62,591 nt of DNA from the NCBI GenBank assembly GCA_900769635.1, contig CAAGHJ010000053.1, positions 1-62,591 on the forward strand, in the 5' to 3' direction. The stretch comes from Bacilli bacterium (GTDB lineage: Bacteria > Bacillota_I > Bacilli_A > RF39 > UBA660). The notes under the pieces are model-generated. The model ran no database searches. It saw only the letters and a list, made by a program, of their open reading frames with translations, and was not told where the DNA came from. A program made the position numbers and the translations under genes. Of this stretch, positions 1 through 6,957 are shown one piece after another (the first letter of the stretch is position 1; the number at the start of each line of letters is the position of its first letter).

Positions 1-501
1 CCAATTAGAACAAGGTCCATAAGTACTACTAGTATTTGTTTTATTATAGAAGTATTCATTTAATAAGACATTTAGATTAGCTTTTACTCCCGTAGTATTA
101 CCTGTCCAGTCATTTTTATAATCTGAATAAGTACCACTTGTATTAGTTGTATTATATGCTCCCCAAGAGTTTCCTCCTAAAGAACGAGATCTTATTAATT
201 TAACCATCTCGGTACTTTTACCGTGACTATTACTATCAAATACTCCTATTATACGATACATATCATTATTAAACTTAACATAGTTATTAACTTCTGCACC
301 TACATATCTATATTCGTGAGAATTGGTATAGTATACACCACTAGCTCCAGCACTCCAACTAGATCCTTTATTTAAGGCTTTAACTGTATCTACTAGAGTT
401 GTGCCGACGGCATAACTCTTTTTAGAGTTAAAGCCTATTATTATTATAGTTATAGTTACTAATAATATAGATATTATTATAATTATTTTTTTTTTACTCA
501 T
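1..501 (-). CDS. secreted protein, 5' part only (3' end runs off the window); paralogue of the C-terminal domain of the 532..3042 protein
   Basis: ATG at 499-501 after an AAAGGA SD, open to position 1 (167 codons). N-term MSKKKIIIIISILLVTITIIIIG anchor, then ...HEYRYVGAEVNNYVKFNNDMYRIIGVFD...NDWTGNTTGVKANLN, matching the neighbour's C-terminal domain. Not in the ORF track because no stop lies in the window. Confidence 0.75.
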   Translation of the reverse strand, partial: MSKKKIIIIISILLVTITIIIIGFNSKKSYAVGTTLVDTVKALNKGSSWSAGASGVYYTNSHEYRYVGAEVNNYVKFNNDMYRIIGVFDSNSHGKSTEMVKLIRSRSLGGNSWGAYNTTNTSGTYSDYKNDWTGNTTGVKANLNVLLNEYFYNKTNTSSTYGPCSNW

Positions 502-531
502 ATATATTTATCCTTTCTTAGGTTAATATAT

Positions 532-3042
532 TTATTCTACTATATACGGATTATCAAAGGTACCATCCCCACCGGTTACAGAGACGGTAGATTTTAGATA
601 GAAGGTGGGACGCCACCCGCTCGGACCGTCCGCGCTGCCGCTGCTTGCACGGCCAAGACCCACGATCCACACAACATTAGCACCAGAGGCATAAGGGGTT
701 AGAGTCCACTCGTAGCCTTTATAGAGCCAGTTCTTATTTCCAAAGTACTGTGCACTCTGAGTAGTTGTATCAGAGCTTGTATAATAACTACTAGCGTATA
801 AGTAATCACTTAAATACATTAGTCCTATCTTAGCATCAGTAGTAGTACTATAAGATCCAGAATTAGCCCCTGTACAAGAGTTCCCACCTCTTTCGCAGAG
901 ATACCAGTTCTGTTTGCTTTGATCAGTACCACTTCCATAGAGATACCAAGTAGTTGTTTCAATGGAGTTTAAGGCACTACTATCTATACCATAACCGACT
1001 ATATCCGAACAATCATTAGTTCTATAATTAGTATTATAATAGAAGTAAGTCCAATTAGAACAAGCTCCATAAGTACTACTGGTATTAGTACGATTTGCAA
1101 AGTATTCATTAGAAAGGATATTAAGATTAGCTTTTACTCCCGTAGTATTACCTGTCCAGTCATTCTTATAATTAGAATAGGTACCACTTGTATTAGAGGA
1201 GTTATATGCTCCCCAAGAGTATCCTCCTAAAGGGTTTGCCATTATTAACTTAACGAGATACTGTCCTGTTTTACCGTGACTATTTTCATCAAAGACACCT
1301 ATTATTTGATACATATCATTATTAAACCAAACATAGTTATTGGGTTCTGCTCCTATATATCTATATTCATGATATTTAGTAGTACCGTCAGAGGCGGTAT
1401 AACTATTAGTTGCATAGAGGCCTTCGGCACCAGCTTCCCATTCATTGCCTTTACTTTGTGACATAATTAATTTAACAACATTTTCTTTTATATTTACTTG
1501 TTTTTTATATTTATATCTATTACCATTATTATCTTCTAATACATATAAGGCAGTAGTAGACTTAGTAAGGCCTTTAGTAGTAGCAGGCTTTACTAAGACT
1601 ATCTTACAGCCTGCTCCATTATCTTTACAAGTTACTTGGGTAGATAGATCTATTACTTGTCCTTTTTCTATGGATATAGCACTTGTATCTATACTAGGTA
1701 CTGTACTTGCTTTAACAGTAGATGTTATTCTTATATGACCATCTCCGGAGTGGCCTGTAACAGTGCTACCGCTATTATCAGTAAAGGATTGATCACCCGC
1801 TATGGTAGAGGCATCGGTTAAGTAATAACTACTATTTAAAAGGCACCCTGATGGATAACTAGAAGCTGTACTAGAAGTATACACGTATCCAGAACCACCG
1901 CCACCTCCACGATCATCATCTCCTGAACCATCTGGAACAGTTCCGGAACCGCCATACCAGCCTCCTCCTCCTGCTCCTCCATAACCACTGCTTAAATAAA
2001 CTCCGCCTCCACCAAATCCAAATCCTCCAGCATAATTTGCTGTAGTATTAGAATTTAATCCTGAAGTTGTTTGCGTAGTTATTGTATATGAAGTTGAATA
2101 TCCAGAATATGTTTGTGTTCCACCTTTTCCGCAATAATTAGAGTTTGCTGTGAAACTTTCAGACGAAGACCCTCCAGATGTTCCACCTCCATACATTCCT
2201 TTTTTAGAGGTTGATCCATCAGAACCACCGCCACCAGCAACTATTACTCTTGCATATAGTGAATCAGTTCCTAGTCTTATATCAGAGGCTCCGCCTCCAC
2301 CTTTATGTGTATGTCTATAACCTCCACCATTAAATCCACCATTGCATATACTCGAAGTACATGTTCCAGAATTACCAGATCCTCCAACATAAACATAAGC
2401 ATTTGTTGTTTCAGTTAAAGTTAGTGTTCCGTAAGAATATCCACCTTTTCCTGCATAAGTTGCACTATTTCGATATCCTCCTTCAGCACCCCATACTTCT
2501 AGTTTGTGGGTTCCTGCTTTAAGAGTAACAGTTTGTACGGATCCTGTATAACTATAATCCGTTGTTGTTGTTTTTGTTTCGCCGGCATCTCCACTGGGTT
2601 CATTTCCGGTATTAAAGGTTTCTGTTATAAGGGTTTTTCCTTCTGTTAAACCTAGTTCATTACTATCACTTCCAGCAACACCTATATTTAAAGTTATATC
2701 ACTACTAGTGTTATTTATTACTAATAGTTCTACGGGTAAGATAGAACCGTTAGTAATACTACCACTAGTAGCGTTGGCACTCCAATCTATTTTATATATT
2801 CCTATATCATCTGTTTTGGTACTGGGAGATACCATTTCATAGAATACTCCGTAATATATACTTCCTCCAGTATCGTTATTTACGTTAACCATTACACTGG
2901 TATTAGATCCTGCGGGAACGGTTACTTTTTTGTATTCGTATATTTTAAGAGTGGTTTCGATATTGGATGCTGCTTTCATAGTTACTATATCTTTACTGGT
3001 TGTTTTTTCAGGGAGAATAAGGCAAAAGAGGAATACATACAT
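532..3042 (-). CDS. large secreted multidomain protein with a glycine-rich (PF12810 / ALK-LTK GRD-like) central domain; N-terminus apparently frameshifted
   Basis: 836-aa ORF. Gly-rich motifs VWGAEGG, VYVGGSGNSG, GGFNGGGY, GGGGASDIR, VIVAGGGGSDG, GGGGWYGGSG, RGGGGGSGY. C-terminal ~330 aa are paralogous to gene 1..501. No SD or signal peptide at the annotated ATG. Confidence 0.8.
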   Translation of the reverse strand: MYVFLFCLILPEKTTSKDIVTMKAASNIETTLKIYEYKKVTVPAGSNTSVMVNVNNDTGGSIYYGVFYEMVSPSTKTDDIGIYKIDWSANATSGSITNGSILPVELLVINNTSSDITLNIGVAGSDSNELGLTEGKTLITETFNTGNEPSGDAGETKTTTTDYSYTGSVQTVTLKAGTHKLEVWGAEGGYRNSATYAGKGGYSYGTLTLTETTNAYVYVGGSGNSGTCTSSICNGGFNGGGYRHTHKGGGGASDIRLGTDSLYARVIVAGGGGSDGSTSKKGMYGGGTSGGSSSESFTANSNYCGKGGTQTYSGYSTSYTITTQTTSGLNSNTTANYAGGFGFGGGGVYLSSGYGGAGGGGWYGGSGTVPDGSGDDDRGGGGGSGYVYTSSTASSYPSGCLLNSSYYLTDASTIAGDQSFTDNSGSTVTGHSGDGHIRITSTVKASTVPSIDTSAISIEKGQVIDLSTQVTCKDNGAGCKIVLVKPATTKGLTKSTTALYVLEDNNGNRYKYKKQVNIKENVVKLIMSQSKGNEWEAGAEGLYATNSYTASDGTTKYHEYRYIGAEPNNYVWFNNDMYQIIGVFDENSHGKTGQYLVKLIMANPLGGYSWGAYNSSNTSGTYSNYKNDWTGNTTGVKANLNILSNEYFANRTNTSSTYGACSNWTYFYYNTNYRTNDCSDIVGYGIDSSALNSIETTTWYLYGSGTDQSKQNWYLCERGGNSCTGANSGSYSTTTDAKIGLMYLSDYLYASSYYTSSDTTTQSAQYFGNKNWLYKGYEWTLTPYASGANVVWIVGLGRASSGSADGPSGWRPTFYLKSTVSVTGGDGTFDNPYIVE

Positions 3043-3110
3043 AGTGATAATATTCCTACGATTATTACTATTAGTAAGTAACTTTCTTTTATTATATATT
3101 TATTTTTCAT
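2985..3110 (-). CDS. 41-codon ORF encoding a signal peptide, probably the true 5' end of the 532..3042 gene, displaced by one frame
   Basis: GGAGG SD 7 nt before ATG (3108-3110). Encodes MKNKYIIKESYLLIVIIVGILSLCMYSSFALFSLKKQPVKI*. Overlaps the long ORF in the +1/-1 relation, and the frames cross at an A6 tract (T6 on the + strand, 3003-3008). Confidence 0.6.
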   Translation of the reverse strand: MKNKYIIKESYLLIVIIVGILSLCMYSSFALFSLKKQPVKI

Positions 3111-3209
3111 ACAGGTTCCTCCTACTCTTTACTCTAATATTATTTTAGCATATCTTAGGTTATATTTCAATAGGTTTAGAGAAAAAAATATATACCTAGT
3201 AGGATGGTA

Positions 3210-3261
3210 AATGTTCCTATGAAAAGGAAAATTTTAAAAATATCCTTTTCACAGGAACATT
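3210..3261. repeat. 19-bp inverted repeat (1 mismatch) with a 14-nt spacer in a divergent promoter region
   Basis: aatgttcctatgaaaagga (3210-3228) / tccttttcacaggaacatt (3243-3261). Confidence 0.7.
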
Positions 3262-3280
3262 ATGAATTATGGAAATAAAG

Positions 3281-3302
3281 TAATTAATTATATAATTAAT
3301 TA
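3281..3302. repeat. perfect 22-bp AT-only palindrome about 75 nt upstream of the antitoxin-like ORF
   Basis: taattaattatataattaatta equals its own reverse complement. Confidence 0.6.
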
Positions 3303-3376
3303 AAGCATAATATAGATTATACCTTAACTTTTTATATAATTTATGATATTATTTTAACTAAGAAAGAGGTGTAATT

Positions 3377-3589
3377 ATGGAAAGTCTAACAACTACTATA
3401 AGTGGGCAAGTAGATATTAAACAATTAATAAATAGAGATGGTGTTCCTTTTGATGTGGTAAATCCTAAACCAAGTAAAGAACTATTAGAGGCTTTACAAG
3501 AGGGTGAGGATATACTAAATGGAAAAGTAAATGCAAAAAGATATCATAGTATTAAGGAATTAATTGGTGATTTAGATAATACAAGATAA
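3377..3589 (+). CDS. DinJ/RelB-family antitoxin-like protein lacking the N-terminal RHH region
   Basis: AGAGGTG SD. ...RDGVPFDVVNPKPSKELLEALQEGEDILNGKVNAKRYHSIKELIGDL resembles the C-terminal half of DinJ-type antitoxins (..GIPFEV..PN.ET..A..E......F.S.EELF.DL). Only ~15 aa precede it. Confidence 0.55.
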   Translation: MESLTTTISGQVDIKQLINRDGVPFDVVNPKPSKELLEALQEGEDILNGKVNAKRYHSIKELIGDLDNTR

Positions 3590-3647
3590 TGAATTAATAT
3601 TATTACTTTTTGCAATGGGTAGTCATAGCGACTTGTTTAATAAATAG
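3576..3647 (+). pseudogene. remnant of the last ~20 codons of a YafQ/RelE-family toxin gene
   Basis: The frame after the TAG at 3573-3575 reads IIQDNELILLLFAMGSHSDLFNK*. (T)GSHSDLF is the characteristic YafQ-type C-terminus. No start codon and no upstream toxin body. Confidence 0.6.
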
Positions 3648-3657
3648 GGAAACTTCC

Positions 3658-3681
3658 CTCTTTTTTCATTAAGAAAAAGAG
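3658..3681. terminator. bidirectional hairpin between convergent genes
   Basis: CTCTTTTT-loop-AAAAAGAG stem with A/T runs on both sides. Confidence 0.5.
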
Positions 3682-3698
3682 AACCTTAGTTCCCTTTA

Positions 3699-4784
3699 TT
3701 ATAATTCTTCCTCTTGTCTTGTAGTTCTATTATAGTAATAGATACCATAACCTAATGCTCCTAGGCCTATAAACCATATAAAGCCCATTGCTGCTGCTCC
3801 TGTTTTTGGAGTGTATATTACATCTACTATAACGTCTTCATCAGGCATTGTTCCTCTTACAACGTCTTTATCTGGTGAGTAGCCATTAATACTTGGTGAT
3901 GTTACATCGTATTTATTACCGGCTTTTTCTTCTTTACTATATGTAGGGGCTGCGGTTTTTCCTCCTACTTCATCATACCAGTATCTTATTGTTAGGGTTG
4001 GATTTTTTACTTCGGGTTCATCACAAATATTGAAAGTCATTTTGTATAGCATTGGTGCATATATTATTGCTTCTCTTGCATCTGAGTTTGCATCTACAAC
4101 GTTATTATTTGCATCTATAAACTTGCCAGCATCGTTCTTTCTATATACTACGTTACCGTTTGTTTTCATATTGTTTACATCGGCTTTTTTGTAGATTCTT
4201 TTGGCTTTGAATGTTCCTTGTAAATTTTTATTTACTTTTTTGAATGTGTAATCTGTTACTGTTGATATTCCTGATAGGCTGGCTTTACTTAGTTCGGGTA
4301 CTGTAAATATTCCGTTTTTAGAATTTTGGTTACTTAGGTCTTTATTTGACCAAGCTCCGTGTCTTACATATAGGGCTCCGTTTTTTACGGTTGTTCCTTC
4401 ATCGAAAGTAGTCATTGTAGTCCAGAAATCGGTTAAGTCTCCTATTGGAATTACTTTTCCTGATCCTTCTACGGCTTCGATGGTTGCTTTATCGGATATG
4501 TTTAGACCGCTAAAATCGATATTAAAGGTTCCGGTCCCTTTACAAGCACCACTAGCATCCATTCTTTCTGATGTACTACACGTTTCATAGGTATAGCTAT
4601 CGCCATTTCCCATTGCTTTTTCTAGTGTGCTTACCCATTGTTGGTCTGAGAAGTATAGGTAGGCATCTACTTGTTTACAGGTATTATCTGTTACTCCTGC
4701 AGATACTTCTTTGGGGTTATATACAAATATGCATAGTGTTAGGACTAGTATTACACTAAATACTCCTAAAATCTTCTTTTTCAT
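3699..4784 (-). CDS. cell-surface protein with a C-terminal MucBP-like domain and a sortase-type sorting signal (TPKTG)
   Basis: Signal peptide MKKKILGVFSVILVLTLCIFV...VSAG. MucBP-like LTIRYWYDEVGGK...INGYSPDKDVVRGTMPDEDVIVDVIY. Then TPKTG, a hydrophobic stretch and NRTTRQEEEL. Confidence 0.75.
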   Translation of the reverse strand: MKKKILGVFSVILVLTLCIFVYNPKEVSAGVTDNTCKQVDAYLYFSDQQWVSTLEKAMGNGDSYTYETCSTSERMDASGACKGTGTFNIDFSGLNISDKATIEAVEGSGKVIPIGDLTDFWTTMTTFDEGTTVKNGALYVRHGAWSNKDLSNQNSKNGIFTVPELSKASLSGISTVTDYTFKKVNKNLQGTFKAKRIYKKADVNNMKTNGNVVYRKNDAGKFIDANNNVVDANSDAREAIIYAPMLYKMTFNICDEPEVKNPTLTIRYWYDEVGGKTAAPTYSKEEKAGNKYDVTSPSINGYSPDKDVVRGTMPDEDVIVDVIYTPKTGAAAMGFIWFIGLGALGYGIYYYNRTTRQEEEL

Positions 4785-4894
4785 TCTTTTTCTTCCTTTC
4801 CTTGGGTACTACCCTTCTACATTAATAAGGATATCATAAAAGATATTTTTTTGCAATATATTTTTGGAAATTAATTGTTTTTTTGGTTTTTTCG

Positions 4895-4903
4895 TGTTAT
4901 ACT
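4895..4903 (+). promoter_or_regulatory. extended -10 (TGTTATACT) for the Hpt operon
   Basis: TGnTATACT about 29 nt upstream of the ATG at 4932, with an AAGGAGG SD following. Confidence 0.4.
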
Positions 4904-4931
4904 TTTATCATAGAATAAGGAGGATTTATTT

Positions 4932-5294
4932 ATGAGTGAGAAACTTAATTTTTTAAAGAGATATGGTGTTGATGTGGAAACGGGAATAAAGAACACTATG
5001 GATGAGGAAACTTACAATGAAATTCTGGATGATTTTTTTAATGAGATTCCTAATAATATTAATAGGCTTGGTAATTTTAAAGTGCAGGGGGATATGGCGA
5101 ATTATGCTATTTTAGTGCATTCTTTAAAGAGTAATTCGAGGACGCTTGGTTTTGGGGCCTTTGGGGAAATTTGTTATAAACACGAGATGGAGAGTAAGGC
5201 TGGTAATACTTCTTTTATTAATAGTGACTTTAATAACTTAGTTACGAGTGCTCAAAATGTGTATGCTATTATTAGGGCATACAAGGCTTTATAG
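4932..5294 (+). CDS. Hpt (histidine phosphotransfer) domain protein
   Basis: VHSLKSNSRTLGF matches the Hpt phospho-His motif HxLKGss..LG. 120 aa, AAGGAGG SD. Confidence 0.75.
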   Translation: MSEKLNFLKRYGVDVETGIKNTMDEETYNEILDDFFNEIPNNINRLGNFKVQGDMANYAILVHSLKSNSRTLGFGAFGEICYKHEMESKAGNTSFINSDFNNLVTSAQNVYAIIRAYKAL

Positions 5295-5303
5295 GAGGGT
5301 GTT

Positions 5304-6953
5304 ATGGGTAATAATAATTCTATTTTTTATTTACTACAGAACTTTCTTCTTACTAGATTTCTTAATGCTTATATTATTGATATTATTAGCGATAAGGCTT
5401 TTATTTATAGTTATGTTAATAATAGTATTGTTAATAAGAGTAATACGACCTACTCTGGTTTTCTGACTGATCTTAGTAATAGTTTAAGTAGTGAGGATTT
5501 GAATAATTTAACGGCTAATTTATCTATTCAAAGACTTGAAGAGTGTTTTTATAGTGGTAAGAAAAGTGTTAATTTGGTTATTAACAGGGGTGGTACTGAT
5601 TATCTTTTGGATATTTCTTTGGTTAATTTTAATGGTAATAAGCTTATTATGGTTATTGAGAATTTGTTTGATAGTTCTATGGGGCTTAATATTAATAGTG
5701 GTAATTATAAAAACAAGGAAGATATTAGGATGCAGAGTATGATTGATAATGTTTCGGACTCGCTTCTTAAGATTTATAATGTTTTTAATAGTAATAGGAA
5801 CAATCCTGAGGTTAATAATATTGGTAATTATATTAATACTATTTTATCGGATATTACTAATAGTTATCCGGAGTTTAATAGAAGTTTTAAGGAGAATGCG
5901 ATTAGTGTTAGTAGTATGGGAAGGCCTACTCTTTTAATTGTTGATGATGATATGATTACGAGGAATCTTTTGAAGAAGATTTTTATTGATCAGTATAATA
6001 TTGTTATGGCTACTAATGGTGAAGAGGCTATCAGTATATTAGAGGATAATAGTAATAGGAATATGTTTGAGAGTAGAGATAATATTGTGGGGATTTTCCT
6101 AGATCTTGTTATGCCTAAAATGGATGGATTTGGGGTTCTTGATTATCTTAATAGGAATAATTATCTTTCTAAGATTCCGGTTGCTATTATTAGTGGGGAT
6201 TATTCGAAGGAAACTAGGGATAGGGTTTATGGGTATCATATTGCGGATATGTTAGAGAAGCCTTTTAATACGGAGATTATTAAGCACAGGGTTAATAATT
6301 TGGTTAATTTGTATAAGTCTAGTAATTCGCTTAATGAGATGATTCTTAATCAGTATGCTGATCTTAAGAATGTTATTGATACTATTATTAGTGCTTACAA
6401 GTATGATTATGCGAGTAATATTGAGATGATAAAGAGATATTCTTTTATTATTGGAACGGATATTATGAATAATTATGGGGAATATAATTTGGATGAGGCA
6501 CGGGTTAATTTGATTGCGGAAGCTAGTTGTTATTATGATATTGGCTACTATGCTATTCCGAGGGTTATTTATAGTAAGGATTCTAATTTTACGAAAGAGG
6601 AAGCGGACATTGTGAAGAATTATCCGATTATTGGTTCGAAGATTGTTAAGTATGGGCTTAAGAATATGGGGAACAGTGCTTTTACGGAGTATGCTTATGA
6701 GATTACGAGGTATTATCACGAGAGGTATGATGGTACGGGATATCCTGAAGGTCTTAGGGGGGATGCTATTCCGATTAGTGCTTGTATTGTGGCTCTTAGT
6801 GCTTTATTTAATAATTTTGTTAGATCGTATAGTAATAGTGAGGATATTAGGGATGCTATCTGCAAGCTTAGTGGTAGTAAGTTTAATCCGAGGATTATTG
6901 AGTCTTTTAAGAGGGTTTTTGATAAGTTAATTAGTGCTAGTAATGGGGAATGA
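5304..6953 (+). CDS. response regulator: N-terminal unknown domain, REC, then HD-GYP phosphodiesterase
   Basis: REC: PTLLIVDDDMITRNLL...LDLVMPKMDG...EKPF. HD-GYP: YYHERYDGTGYPEGL. Confidence 0.85.
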   Translation: MGNNNSIFYLLQNFLLTRFLNAYIIDIISDKAFIYSYVNNSIVNKSNTTYSGFLTDLSNSLSSEDLNNLTANLSIQRLEECFYSGKKSVNLVINRGGTDYLLDISLVNFNGNKLIMVIENLFDSSMGLNINSGNYKNKEDIRMQSMIDNVSDSLLKIYNVFNSNRNNPEVNNIGNYINTILSDITNSYPEFNRSFKENAISVSSMGRPTLLIVDDDMITRNLLKKIFIDQYNIVMATNGEEAISILEDNSNRNMFESRDNIVGIFLDLVMPKMDGFGVLDYLNRNNYLSKIPVAIISGDYSKETRDRVYGYHIADMLEKPFNTEIIKHRVNNLVNLYKSSNSLNEMILNQYADLKNVIDTIISAYKYDYASNIEMIKRYSFIIGTDIMNNYGEYNLDEARVNLIAEASCYYDIGYYAIPRVIYSKDSNFTKEEADIVKNYPIIGSKIVKYGLKNMGNSAFTEYAYEITRYYHERYDGTGYPEGLRGDAIPISACIVALSALFNNFVRSYSNSEDIRDAICKLSGSKFNPRIIESFKRVFDKLISASNGE

Positions 6954-6957
6954 TGTT

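Noticed and set aside
1276-1738. Plus-strand ORFs 1276..1461 and 1445..1738, and the many similar 60-165-aa ORFs antisense to long genes (e.g. 6252..6719, 7915..8364, 17197..17691, 28164..28649, 46398..46703, 57614..58021)
   Set aside because: They lie entirely inside strongly supported genes on the opposite strand. They have low-complexity L/F/I/S-rich translations and no SD. They are expected by chance in AT-rich DNA, where the antisense frames of A-rich genes lack stops.
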